From assembly GCA_012295275.1 (NCBI GenBank), contig CM022671.1:27776001-27840000 (forward strand): a stretch of DNA of 64,000 bases, given 5' to 3'. Of the stretch, positions 40,600-54,600 are shown piece after piece. The stretch's first letter is position 1. The number at the start of each line of letters is the position of its first letter. This stretch comes from Chrysomallon squamiferum (Eukaryota > Animalia > Mollusca). The notes under the pieces are model-generated. The model had not been told where the DNA came from. It saw nothing but the letters and a program-made list of their open reading frames with translations, and searched no databases. Made by a program: the position numbers and the translations under genes.

Positions 40600-40800
40600 C
40601 ATACATACATATATGCATAAATATTTCATTAATTTATTTTAACATACTACATCTGTGCATCTAAATTAATTTTAAATCACTTTTCGTTTTGCTTAATAAA
40701 AGATATGTGATTTCAAAGAACTATCATGAGATTTTATGGGTACATACCATAGTTTCGGGAGTTTAGCAGGAACAGACAGGAATTGTGCAGCAGATGTCAT
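38904..40800 (-). CDS. Uncharacterised Pro/Tyr/Trp/His-rich protein, 162 aa; exons 40748-40800, 40262-40319, 39816-39921, 38904-39175
   Basis: MTSAAQFLSVPAKLPKLWQPKLHEWNPYHCSAPDVAQAGWRKWSAEHPDWYARRDTSTHPDWYNRRRDTIRRADYKNVNWHYERPSNPTSRIHDDFYPY...GNFPPVRYNGY*. All introns are GT-AG with consistent phases (2, 0, 1), and the exons are GC-richer islands in AT-rich DNA. Confidence 0.8.
39662..39746. repeat. (CT)n + (AT)n compound microsatellite
   Basis: Seen directly, intronic. Confidence 0.95.
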
Positions 40801-41288
40801 TTCTGTTTGCTAATTTTTGCGTCCGATATAGTGACACACGCTTCAGTGTGTAATATTAAAATAACTAATTATACTTAAAATCAAAATGTTACAATATTAA
40901 TATTCAATAAACGTTTAATCTACGTAGAACAATGTTTACGTTAAAATTATTTTTAAAATTTTAATTTCCGATAGTTTTGATACATACACAAGCGACCTGA
41001 AAGTTTGTCACCGTCTCTATGACGCCTGTTGCTAGCCTCTTAAAACATGGACAAATGTAAACTTCCTGTGGGTGTGTTTGCGATTTACTATTGTACGATA
41101 TGTCATTTTTCATTATACTGATATTTTTCCATAGTTCATTTAATTAACTGTCTGATTTTTTTAATAACCATATTAATAAAGCATTTTTTAAACAGGTTCA
41201 AACCTCTCTATAATCGAGTGACGTCACGTGTCTTAGTACATAGATCTGAGGAACCAACTTGTTTATCGCACTCGAGAAGGAGGCAAAA
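40801..41288. promoter_or_regulatory. Shared 488-bp divergent promoter region with CRE, forkhead and X-box-like motifs
   Basis: TGTTTAC at 40933-40939. RFX X-box-like GTCTCTATGAC at 41013-41023 and GTTGCTAG at 41028-41035. ACTTCCTG at 41061-41068. Perfect CRE TGACGTCA at 41219-41226, overlapping an E-box CACGTG. Confidence 0.5.
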
Positions 41289-42382
41289 ATGGCTGATACG
41301 CTATTTAATAATAGAACGCAGAGTCGATATCCATACTGGGTGAACTATCCACCAACAGTCCCTAAATATCCTGTATCGCAGGATATGTTCAGGTATGTTT
41401 TATTTTATTTTGTTTTTCTTCCTTCCGTCATCCTATCTTTTTATCATCATCATTATCGTTGCCATTGTTATTATTATCATCGTCGTCGTCACGATCGTCA
41501 TCATCATCATCATTACAGTATTTTTCCATAATCTGTATTAAACAAAGGCTGACTTTAAAAAAATATATTTTTAAATGCTTTTATAGGAGGAATAATACAA
41601 GATAATGTTTTATGTCAAATGTTGCCACATATAATTTTACAACAGCTGTAAATGTTGTATTTAAAAAAAAAAAAAAAAAAAAAAAATTACAACTAGTTTT
41701 ATTATATATCATCAAACATAATCGAAGAATATCCGAATTTAATGCTTAAACAAAATAATAATAACAACAACAACATTTACTATTTGAAATATTTATACCG
41801 ATAAGCCAGTTTATTAGTAATTCATCTCAAGTATAAAAGCATAAATAAAGTTATTATTTTTATACATTGCCTTATAGTCACTTGTGCTATATTTTCCAAT
41901 ATCTCTTCTTTTGCAGAAGATCAGTGCCTGAAAGATTTACTATACTGAAAGGCAGAGATTCGCACCAGGTAAATTATTTTAAACCCGGAACAATCACCAC
42001 AGTATAAAGCAAAATACACGCACATACTCACAATATTTCTAATACATTGTATATATAATAATGTTTGTGCTGTACAAAATATTCAAGATGAAATAACATT
42101 TTAATATAAAAATAAATAAATTATAATAAAATAAAATTAGAAAAATTAAGATGAATATTATAAAAAGATTAACTGACAAATAACTGCAAAAAGAAAGACA
42201 GAAAGAAATGTGTCGTTTATAGAATAGTTATTTATTTAACAAAATATTAGTTTATTTATTTTTCTGTACTTTAATTATTACTATTAGATGTGCCGGTAGC
42301 AATGGAAATTTGAATAATTAATCTGTATTGTTATTATTATTATTGCTATTGTTTTTGTTATTGTTATTACTATTTGTTGTTG

Positions 42383-42416
<34 letters not shown>

Positions 42417-42814
42417 AGCACTGGACAGATAAATGGTACGATTCTGGAGATCCAATACGCCGCGAAGAGGAGCTGCCAAAACGAGTACATCCTCAAGAAC
42501 CCTGTCAGAGGCGTTGGCAGTACAACCCTGGCACATCGGCCATCAGCAAATGGTCACGAGAAGGCAAAGACTGGCCAGATGACTATTCCAAATACTGGTT
42601 GTCAGGTCTGCCTCCGGCAGAAACTCAGCGGGCACGTGGGATATATCGTCTGAACAGCCGAGACGATAAATTATATCCCTTCTCTAATTTTATGACGTCA
42701 CAATACAGACGACCTATATATTCCATTTTAGGTCCGGTTCAAAAGAAGGAAGTGTATGGACTAACCCATCAACATAACAGGCACGGATTTATGCCTTTTG
42801 AAGATTTTTATTGA
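41289..42814 (+). CDS. Uncharacterised Pro/Tyr/Trp/Arg-rich protein, 183 aa; exons 41289-41392, 41917-41968, 42419-42814
   Basis: Good start context AAAAATGG. MADTLFNNRTQSRYPYWVNYPPTVPKYPVSQDMFRRSVPERFTILKGRDSHQHWTDKWYDSGDPIRREEELPKRVHPQEPCQRRWQYNPG...HGFMPFEDFY*. Donors AG|GTATGT and CAG|GTAAAT, with consistent phases (2, 0). Confidence 0.8.
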
Positions 42815-44269
42815 CCAGGATAATGCAATTTAATTTCATAGTATTATTTACTGTGTTTTTTTAAAAAAAGGGGGGAAAAAAAGGAGAAAATAATGTTTGT
42901 AACAAGGAAACCAACATTTAGCCAATTTATTGGTTTACAATTTGAATTCTGAATTATTTAAAATTATGAAAAAATAATTATATCTGTCATAAAATAAGTT
43001 TTAATTCAGAATACGGTTTAGAATTATGTTACAAATAACTGAATGAACTCGAGTTACAAATATTTTTATATTTTATTTTTGATTTATTTATATTAAAATA
43101 TTAGTTATAACTACATTTCCACTGTCTTGTTTTGATGTTGTTGTTTTTTGTTGTTTTTATTTTTATTTTTTTAAATACACATTTGTTTATATAGAAATCT
43201 AGGTTGAAAAATTATTTTTGTGTGCATTTACCTAACAGATGTTCGGTTATACTGTGATTAGTCAGCAAATTAATATTAGACTGAAAATTAAATATATGAT
43301 GGTAAAAGATGGGTACAAACATTATATATGTGTCCAAACAAATGCGAACTAAATGATTAGTTATACTGTAATAATCATGAATTACTCAGCTTGGGAAAGA
43401 AAGCATTTTCATTTGGTGAATGGACTGAAATACGAAAAGTTATTTCTATGGAGTTTTGTCATTAAAAATCGATCGATGAAATCAGAATTTCACGGGTTGG
43501 TTGATTTATTTATTTATTAACTGCTTTTTGTAATGCTGCAACGAGTTGTGTTATAATACAGCTATTGAAATTTACTTTTCTTAACAGCAATTTCAAAGAA
43601 GATATTTATTTCACTTTTATTAATTACGTATCTTTTGTTCTGAAATCATAGCATGATGTGTATTTTGTATTCTTGTATTTTCTATTATATTATAGACTAA
43701 TTAGTAAGATTATGATTGCTGTTTTAGAGTTTTAGCATTCTGTGCATCAATAAATAAGTAACATTGTTTTTAGGTCTTTTGTTGTGAGAACTTTATGAAA
43801 AAAATGTAGAGAAAAACTACTAAAATAAATGTTTAATAATACAGTTGTAATTTATGCATCATTATATACAATGACTGGACATTTTATTATTTATTTTATC
43901 AGTTTATCAAATTTGGAGAAGTTGCTCTGGCGTCACAGCGTACACACTCCAAAAAATAAATAAATTTAAGAAGACAAACATACTAAAAACCAAAAGCAAA
44001 ATAAGGTAATTAAATAAAATTACACAAATTATTAAGTGCTCTTTCATTTATTTCTAATATATTAGCGCACAGTTTATTAAATGCCTTGGCGTAACATTAA
44101 GTTTGTAACTAACGTTATCTGTATTAGTTTTTCACACAGTATTTTCTCAGTAAATACAGCTGACACTTATTCATTATATCTGTTCAGTGGTCCTGGGGTT
44201 ATTAAATCTCGGAATGACAATATGCAGAATAAAAGTTTGAGTTGTACAAAAAAACAACAGAAAAATCCA

Positions 44270-44370
<101 letters not shown>

Positions 44371-45180
44371 TGACATGCATCAGAGCCGAAATACAAAAGA
44401 GAAACATCTCAGAGCACAACATTGGCTTGTAATTCAGCCAATGGACATTCCTTTGACATTTAAATTTGATGAGAATAGTTACATTTGGAGGTATTATTTA
44501 CAAAACAGAATCCAAAGGCTGATCTACTTGTTTAACTACATATCTACGGTGTCAACTATAAGCCCGCGAGTTCATGAAAACATACACACACAAGAAAGAA
44601 GTTTCAGTTAGTTGAAAGTAATTAATGCTTATTAAGTTTTATATACATTCTCTTTAATGTGTGTTATTTCTATTAAAGTACGCTTCATTTACAAAACAAG
44701 TGGCCCTTTATTCTAATGTGATGCTCTGATAATATTGGTGGAAGTACGCATATACTGGATTTATTTATGGTAAGTGGTGTTCTATTTAAAAAACTAGGAA
44801 AAGAAAAAGAGTGAACAAATGACAAAATAAAATAATTTTTTAACTTTTGCATTTTTTATTTTTTGTTGTTGTTGTTGTTTAAAGATCATGACGCAATGAG
44901 CTATCAAGAAATAATGATAAAGGAGAGGTATGAAAAAAAGAAGAAAATATGCATAGAATTTATATTAAACAAATTAATTATTAACAAACGGGGGGGAGAA
45001 ATAACAAACACTAAATATAAAATAAGGCAGTTTTAGATTAGATTTCTGAAATAATATTAAGAAACAGAGATATAGAAAAGTTAAAAATTAAGTATATATG
45101 TTCACTATATATAAAGAATATCGATCATTTTAATTATGTAGTTTCTGTTTTGAGTCGCAGCCAAGCGAACAAAACACATA

Positions 45181-48100
45181 ATGACTTCGCCAATTTCTGA
45201 CAAGGATATGGAAGACAGCAACGAAGAAACTGTCAGAATATACAATCTTGACCAGAAGATTTTTGTTGGTAACTTAGGTTACAGAGTGAGTACATTATTT
45301 CATTTTGATTTTTCAAACATTTTGATTAATAATATTATTTACTGTTAAACATTTTTTTTTTTTTTAATGTTTATCAAGTATTTTATTCCAATAAACTAAA
45401 ATAAGTTACATTTGGAAATTTAATTAAACTGTTAAATTTATTTTGTACTGAATTTTGCATTAAATAATATTTTGGATCTTTTTATTTATTTATGCAATTT
45501 TTATTGTTTTTTTTTTTTTTTTTTTTATTTCAGATTCAAAGAAAAGAGCTAGCATTATTTTTTTCAAAATTCGGAAATGTATGTAAAACTCACATAGTTA
45601 TGGATCATTTAAAACATCATTCCAGAGGGTAATCACTTATACCAACACACCCTATTATTTACCAAATATTCATATAAACTGTTAATTAATTTATATAAAC
45701 ATTAAAATATCCCCAAATGGAATAATACAAAAGCATATACCAATCAGTTTTATTTTCCACAAATTTTAGATAATATACCATTTCATACAAATATTTAATA
45801 TATTTCAGAATTGCTTTTGTCTATTTTAAATCAAAAGAAGATGCAGATCGAGCTTTGCAAGCAACTGATGAGGAACTTGTTCTAGGTGGAAGGTATTAAT
45901 TTGTATTATGCCTCTTATAACAGCCTATTTCCATACCATATTGTAAAACTGATTGTGAGAAAAATTGTTTATAAATTTTATTGCCTACAATTTCAATAAG
46001 TTGCAGTATTTTACAGAAACAGTAGGAATAAATAAAAAAAGAATTTAAAGTGAAGGATGTAACAAGTTTTGAAGTAAATAGTTTTTTTTTTGGGGGGGGT
46101 CTTTAAAATCTTTCTTTCTACTGGTAGGTTTAATATTTTATTAATCTTGTCTGTCTTTTTCTGGGCTAAAGCCATATTTATTTCATATAATTAGTTTTGT
46201 CTATTATATGTATATTTAACCATATTATATTGCTGTTATTAATAAAATTAATATTATTTAAAATAATTTTATTTGTTTTGCGTGAAAACCAATAATTTCA
46301 GAAATTTATTCTCTTCAGCAGTAGATTTTTGTGTTTTATTTTAACAATATTTTTTAATTTCTGCCATTTAAAATACTCAAATGTATATTTTTTAATATTG
46401 AAATTATTCTATAAATGTGATCTGGATATTTTAAAAGACTTCTGCGAGTACATCCTGCAGAAGAATCTAAAAGAACAACATTCAAGAAATATTCATCACT
46501 ACCAGACTTCAACAAGACAGTAAGTCTTTAGCTGTTTTCATTAAGATGCTACAAGTTTATAAATTTAAACATAGCTGTCCATTGGAAGCATTTCTTTGCA
46601 AATATGCTTTTTAATAGATATTAGCAAAAGCGTTAGGAATTATTTACATCTGTGAACAAATGGAATCATTGAAGATTTAAGATATCTTCCTAGTTATAAG
46701 GTTTTACTGCTAATTGTGTAAACCAGTTAATTGTCTAAGTAAACTTAATTTATTATACACAAAGTACTACTCAGTGAAATTACAAGCAAAGCAAACTGCA
46801 CGTTTATATTTAGTAATTAAAGATATAAAAACAATAAAATAAAGAAAATGCTTATTTTAACAGTCAGATTAACAATATTTGATTAAAAATAAAAAAATAA
46901 ATATTTTGGTAATGGTAAATAATATTTACTTTTGTTATTATTATTATTTTAATAATGCTTATTTCATACCTGTATAAATTTTTTTTACCTGTTATTCCAG
47001 GCTGAACATTTAGTCAGTGAAGAAACTGAAGACACAACAGACAATTCAAATCAGGACACAGCATTAGCACGTGTCTCCTTGACTTTAAATGATCTCTGCG
47101 ATGAGCTGCTTGTCGAAATATTTTCCTATCTACCGATTAAAGACAAAGCAAAAATTGAACGAGGTAAAATAATTGTATTTTATATAAAAGCTGTAGCTAA
47201 CATTGTATTTTATATATTTAAAAACAGTTTTTTCATTTTTCAGTAAAACCTGTTACATAACTTGTATTTTAAACATTTAAAATATTTTCTTGTTCTACCA
47301 ATAAAAGTAAAAACTAAAATGATTTAATAAGATCAACTATTTTTTGATTTCAGTAATATCACTCAGACATTTTTTTTGAAAAACACTTAATATGACAAAA
47401 AATGATTTTTATGTTCTAATGTCACAGACATTTATACCAGTTGGAATTTGGTACAGCAATATAAGGTGAGTCAGAAATAGCACCGATTTCTGTTTTTTGA
47501 GCTGTCAGATGTTTTCTGGGAAGTCATGTTATTTTATTGTAATTTATTTATTTCTGATTTTGTTTTGCAAGTTATTGCTGCAAGATTGGAAAGTTATTGA
47601 ACTTGCACCAAACTGAACCGTGAAATCCAGCACTATTTCTTGCTCACTCTGTATATTTCACATATCTTTTTATATATTAGTGTGATCTTCTTTTGGTCAT
47701 ACTGAGTCTCAAGAAATTACTGATTATATTTCAGTTTGTCACCGATGGAGGATCCTTGCACTTCAGACATGGGCAACTGTAAAATCTCTGCACTTCACCA
47801 ATATGTTTCGTCACTTCAATGGTTAGAGTTCTTTTTACCTCGTTTAGAGTTTGTTACCTGTAAATCATCACCGTTAAATCTATTTCACAGTCTGAATGAT
47901 ATTGTTTTCAAAAATATAATTTTATATATTCATTTTTTTAATTTATTGAAATTAACTGATTGAGTTTTAAAATTGGAATGCATGTTTTGATACTAAATAA
48001 TTTAATTGATTATAAAATTAATAGTGATGAAGATGATTAAAAATTATTTATTTTAGATAAAAAAATAAAAACATTATTTGTTAAAACTATTGCAAAATAT

Positions 48101-51100
48101 AAGTTTGATGATTGTAAGGAGAACTATGTAATTTTTATTTTTATTTACTTAATAAAAACATTTCCCAAATATCCTGCAGACTGTTGCTTTTTGTTTTAAA
48201 TATTTTATTACAGTTTTATACGGCATCTTTTGCCAAAAAGAATTGACCTATTTTGAAGTTTGAAAGTGAATTTTTTTTAACAGGTTTAGTGGACAAGACA
48301 CTTAACTCTATACTTCAGCGATGTGGACATTCTTTGAAATCACTTGACCTGTCTGCATCTCCTCATTTCCTTACAGATTATGCAATGGACATAATAGGTA
48401 CAAGTATTTCACGTCTTAACAGGATTTTTTAAAATTGTCTTTTCCATTTACTTTCATTTTTTTTTTTTTTTTTATTTAATTTAGTATTTTAATTGTTAAA
48501 GAAAAATTTGACTTTTCTTGGAGAATAAAGTAAAGAACTGATAAATATTTTGAGATTAATTTTATTATTGCTCCTACACAAGATTTTAAAAAAAATGAAG
48601 AAAAAAAAGAAATAGAATAAAATATACATACATAAATATACAAGTATATAAATATAATTTTGAAAGCTTATATAATCATTATAAAAATAAAGACCTGGTA
48701 TATGAAAGTTTTATATATTAAATTAACAGATATTTCTCTGCCTATTTAGCTAGGTATTGCCCAGACCTGTCCAAGCTAGACATATCAGGAGTTGATGCAA
48801 CAAACAAATCTCTTCAGATCTTCTCCACTAAGTGTACAAAATTGAAAGTTAGTAATATCTTTAAAAGTGCCAGTCTTTGTAATGCAGTCTACTAAATCTA
48901 TTAAATTTAAAGCAAATAATATCTTTACAAATAACAGACCAAGAATACATCTTTCCGTAAAGTAATACGCTGAATACAACAAGTTCAATTTTCATTATTT
49001 CTTCACAAGCAATGGACCAAGAAAATGTCTCTGTATTATCTAATTCACTAAATTGCTCATCCTGATGCAAGAAAATTGAAATTCATGTTTGTTCACCTTC
49101 TATGCTGTAACAGATGATTTCACTCCAGTATGTGGAAGTTACCATTCTCAGCAAAAAGAATATTTGTAGAAGTACCAATTTCACAGTGGTAAATGGATTA
49201 CCTGTATGATGAATTGAAATAAAAATTAATTGTTAGCTGCAATACATTTCTTGGTACATATTAAGAATGATAAAATCAAGTATTATCAAATCAAAATAGT
49301 ATGTATTATTTTACTTCTTTACACAACTGAAAATTCATTATCACAGTGATGTATATATATCAATGAACACAAGATAAGATATTCTATTTATGTATACAAT
49401 TAAAGCTTGATTTTAAATTTAAATTAAAACTTGGATGATGATTCTGTTAATTCTGTTTCAGTGGGTTAGGCTCCAACACTGTTTGCACGTGAGTGAAAAA
49501 GGGTATGTTTAAATAATTCTTTCCTTTCTTTTTTTCATTTGCTCGGTCACAGAAATACTAATTAAGTCGCTGTAACAATCATTTGTTTCTATACATGCAA
49601 CAAATTTAAAATGCTTTTATTTTTACTGGTATTGAAGTCTGTTATTATTTATTGATAAGATTATTCTGCATTTTTTCGTCCTGTGGAAAATATTACTGTT
49701 GTTATTAGTAGTAGTAATTACTCTTTGATTTTTTTTGTTTAAACAGTCTGTGGTGGTTACTACATAACTGTCAGATGTTGGAATATCTTGATATAATGGG
49801 CAGTGTATCAATAACAGGGAAGGTGAGTGTCTGTTTTCACTTTTTTATTTTTCAAATATAATATATATTCTATTAAAAGGAAATTCTGAAGCCTACAAAA
49901 CACTAGTTATTGCATTTGAGATTTGAAAAAAAAAAATATATTTATATATTTTGTTTCATATTCTATTGTACTCTACATCAGCTGTGAAAAAGTGATCAGT
50001 TTATAAATCTTACTTCACTTTTCATATACACCATTACTACAGATATATAAACAAGCATAATCTGGTATTAGGAATAATCGTTTTCTTTAAAAGAACCACA
50101 AATTTATGTATAAATTTTAATTATTCAAATATTTTCAGTGTTTTCATATGCTTGGACCCAGTTTGAAGACAGCTGTTTTGAGTAACTGTAGTAATGTAAG
50201 TTCTCTCTGTAATGTTGTTTTGATGTATATTCTCATTTTGTGTTCATAGACCAGTACATTTAATTAACACTTTATGAATATGTTTTACGTATTTGGATCC
50301 TGTCCACATTATATAAAATGTATTTGGGGATAAATTACACTATAATGTTAACTTCAGGCCAGGGATTTTTTATGGTAAAATTGAAAATAAACTGAGGTTG
50401 TTTTTTTGTTTTGTTTTAATATTGAAATGTTAGATAATACTTGGGTCAAAGGATTAGCCAAAATCAGTAATTTAGAATAATATTTTTTTTATTATTTATT
50501 ATATATAGCTGTCAGACACAGCCATTATAAAGCTAGGAGAGAAATGTCCAGGATTGGAAACTCTCTACATAGACAACTGTCATAAAGTGACCGATGTTGC
50601 CATCAGATCTATGTGTCAGGTATGATTTGTGTTGGTTATATTTATGTTTTCATTTATTAGTATTAACAGTTCCAGTTCAGCTGTTTTATCTATAACATAG
50701 GGGAGATAATTTACTTAAGAATTTCAATTCAACTAATGAAATTTGAGGAGATTGTTATTTTGAGGTTTTAACAAGTTTTGTTTTGTATTCCTTTGTTATT
50801 GACTTCTTTTTCTTAATTTTTAATTTTATTTATTACTGTCTGTTCTTGGGCCCATAGTTAAAAGCAGATTTCATTAACATTGTAAGAAATTCTACTTTCA
50901 TGTCCTCCTTTTAATTTATTAAATTGTATTGTGTTTATTCCTTTTCTTTCAGAGATTAACTAATCTTGAATTTCTTTCTGTGAGAGGATCATTTCCATTA
51001 GGTAAATATAAAAAATAGTTTATTATCATTAGATAATTAAAACAAGTTCCCTATATTTGTTTCTATTTTCATGACACACTGGAATTTTTTCTGTTGGAAA

Positions 51101-54100
51101 CATTCATATAAAAAGTTATCATTTCAAAATATAGGAATTTCTGATCATCAGAAACCTTAAAAAATTAAATATTTATATTTATTTTAACTTACTGGTATAA
51201 CATTCCTGATCTGAAAAACTGAAAATGGGTTTGAAAATTTATATAAAATATTTTATATTCTGTTTTATTACAGTTACCAACAAAGATAGTTGGGTGGAGT
51301 TGCAGTTCTTGACAAAATTAGTACGTTTTAATTTAATGAATCAGTTTCAGTATTTAATAGTAATTATTTCAATACTAAAAATAATATTTAGGATCAAATT
51401 TATTTACTTGTATTAATATATGAATTAAAATCATGTTAAAATATCTTATAATTTGAAGTACAAAAAAAAATTGAACATTTTATGACTAATCTGTTTCATT
51501 AATTTTTTTCTAATCTTGTTTCTTAATATCGTGTTTACCATTATAAATACTGTTTAAAATTATATACGTTTTGCTTGTTCAATGGAATTTTCTAATTATA
51601 ATTTTTATTTATTTATTTTTGGTTCCAATCATTTCAGACATATCTGAATGTTTCCAATAATCAAGATATTAGTGATGATGTTTTAGCTGCTATTTCAAAT
51701 GGTTGCTTATTACTTAAGTAAGACTTATTGAAGTACATGTATTATACTAGAAATATATATTTTTTAAACAAATATATAATAAGAACAAAGTGAAATAATT
51801 ATGTTTCCCCAATTTTTATTTTATTTTTTATTTAACCTGAATTTTTAAAAAGAAAAAGGTTATGAGATTTGTAACTGAAATATGAAGGTATCCTGATGTA
51901 AAATTTCAGAAATTAATACACTTGTCTGAAACAGATTCGAAACTTATTTCATATTCTGAATAAAATCTGAGGAAAAAAAACTTCATTGCTTTACATTCTG
52001 ACAGTTTTAGTTATTTCTTTGTGTGTGTTTTGATATTGCTGTTTCAGAGATCTGGATATAAGCAGATGTCACAGACAGATTACTGGTGCTGGGTTCCAAG
52101 CTTTGTCACATCTGGAACATATAGAAGTTCTTAACATCAGTTATCTTTACAAGGTAGGTTGGTCATTTGAAATCATGTTTGGTTAATCATGTAATACATA
52201 CAATGATTTACCACATGTTAGGAGATTTATACTTCATGAAATGTTAAAGTGTTAGATTATACAACATAGAGCACTGAGTGTAAAGAAACCAATCCCTGTG
52301 TGTGTGTGTGTGTTACATTTTCTTACATTCCATACCAATCCATGTAACTTTTTTCCTATTTTTTACTTATGTACATAAATTTTAGCTGAGAATTGTTTTG
52401 AGAAAAATGGTGTTCTTATTTCAGACCAATAGAATTAATTTGAAAAGAATCCAGTAAATAATAAAATAAAATAATGTTTTTAATGAAGTGGATGCAAGTA
52501 ATGGAAATACAATAGGTTTTTTTCCTCTAATACTGATTTTTGTTTGCTGATTTTTAATTTCAGGTTTCTGATGAAGATCTTTATCTTCTTGCTCTAAATG
52601 GGAGGCTACAAAAATTGACAGCCAGAGCTTGCAGTAATATCACTGACAGTGGTAAATAACAATTTCAAATTTCAGTAATAACTTGGCATTAGATGCGTAA
52701 ATCCTTAACCATTTTATTCATTTGTTTGATACTAGAATTCCTGTCTATGTGATAAAATATTTTTTTTTATCTTTATTTTCATCTCAGTCATAAATTTAAA
52801 TATTCAAAAATTATTTTGTTTATTTTTTTAATTAAAGATTTGCCTGAATGTTTTAACTTTTTTCTTCTTTTTTTTTTACTCTGCAAGTATTAAAACCAAA
52901 AATGATTATTTTGAAGGTGTAACAAGTCTTGTGGAAAACTGTTTACAACTTAGCCATCTTGACCTGAGTGGCTGTATGCAGGTCACCAATAGAGCACTCA
53001 AAGCTGTAATTAGCAGTTTCGAAAATCAAGAAAGAGACATTGAAGTCATTTTAGGAGGTATGAAATTTTATGTCAACAGATCGTCCTTCACCCACTTTGA
53101 AAAATATTAACATACTTGTGTGCACTCAATGCATAATTATCCCAGTTTTTGCAAGCACATTTTTGGACATTTAGTTTTAAAGGATGTGTCCAGGTATCAT
53201 TTCCATCAAACATTTATTTAAATTTACAAATTATAGCAAGCTTGTTTTAGCAATTTATGTATTTAAAAAAAAAATAATAATAATATTTATTGATTACATA
53301 GTTAATAATGTACATGTGTACACACACACAGACACAGACTCAGTGATGTAAAAGACATTTAGTAAAATTCAGAATTTATATACCATAAGCATTTATAAAT
53401 AAAATTCTTTGGCCAGTATTTTAACATGGACTGCAACAATATAAAATGTTACACATTTTAATGTTACCTTTTCATTTCAGGTGTTTGTTGAAAATTCATT
53501 TGCAACAGTTATATACAAGCTAGTTGATGTTTGTTATATTATTTGTGTATTACAGGTACAAGTGTTGTATTAACTGAAGTGACAGTTCCTCCAAGGATTG
53601 TGATTTGTCAGCAGGATCTGTCAGTGTATCACCTTTATCCTAACAGGGAATTGTTATTACCAGGTAATACAGTTCTATAATGAAACTGTGTCATACAAGT
53701 CTGTGAAAGTGCAAGTGATGTGTTTAAGTATGATAATCAGAAAGTTTCAGGGTTTGCAGGCAATTTTGGATGTGTTGTTTCAAATGTGGCTTGTCTACTT
53801 ATATGGGTGCAGATGAAGACCCACTTTTCAGAAAATAGTTCTATAAATTAAGGTAGAATGTTGTTTATTAATTTAATTTTTTATTTCCTCCTGTTTCTGT
53901 TTTCAGAACCAAATGAAGATGACGGTGAAGAAAATGAATATCCAAAAGGTTATTTATAGAATTTTGTAACACATTTATGTATTTTTTTAACTAAAATATT
54001 GGTATACTTAACAGTTTAAAGTCTTTTTCTTTTAACCAGACTCCAGATTAGTATTGTTAATTATAATTAAATGCTTACTTAAATAACATTGAACATTATG

Positions 54101-54600
54101 TGCAGAACTGATGAAGAATTTCTTTAGGAAATAATGTTTTAAGTGTCTAAATACTTTTATCAAAACCACAACAGAATTAATAAATGCAGTCCTTGTAGTT
54201 TTCCGCAATCTTCAGACATTCAGTCTTCATTGTTAATTGATAGTTTCTTAAAAGTTGGATTAGATATACAATAGTTTTACTTTGATAAATAAACAAACAA
54301 TATATGTTTATATATATGTATATTTATTTATTTATTTATTTATTTTTAATGTATGCCTGTTGGTCAGCAGATATTAAATAAATTTTATTACTTTTCAGAT
54401 CTGGTCTGCCATTTCATTTGACTATTTCTATTTATTTATTTTAATTAATTAATTGTTTTAATTATGCAGAGGCCTATCTACCGGCTGGTATGGAGGAGAC
54501 TGAAGACTCGTGGTTGGAGGATGAAACGTTCACTGATTACAGGGATGATTATCTTCTTGGAGATGACCCACTAGCTGCAGAAGTCTGGGATCTCTCTTGA
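45181..54600 (+). CDS. RRM + F-box + leucine-rich-repeat protein (EEED8.10-like putative RNA-binding F-box/LRR protein), 634 aa, 21 exons: 45181-45285, 45534-45628, 45809-45892, 46438-46519, 47001-47163, 47735-47821, 48284-48397, 48750-48847, 49462-49502, 49747-49822, 50139-50195, 50509-50619, 50953-51001, 51274-51320, 51638-51717, 52048-52153, 52564-52651, 52917-53057, 53556-53663, 53907-53948, 54470-54600
   Basis: RNP2 KIFVGNL and RNP1 RGIAFVYF. F-box LNDLCDELLVEIFSYLPIKDKAKIERVCHRW. Cys-containing LRRs include CGHSLKSLDLS, CPDLSKLDISG, CPGLETLYIDNCHKVTDVAI and CLQLSHLDLSGCMQVTNRAL, followed by an acidic tail ...DDYLLGDDPLAAEVWDLS*. All 20 introns are GT-AG and in phase. The start could instead be the ATG at 45208. 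Confidence 0.9.

Noticed and set aside
42374-42418. Poly-Leu 'signal peptide' on the 146-aa ORF
   Set aside because: This is an intronic (TTG/TTA)n microsatellite with a non-ATG start; the exon begins at 42419.
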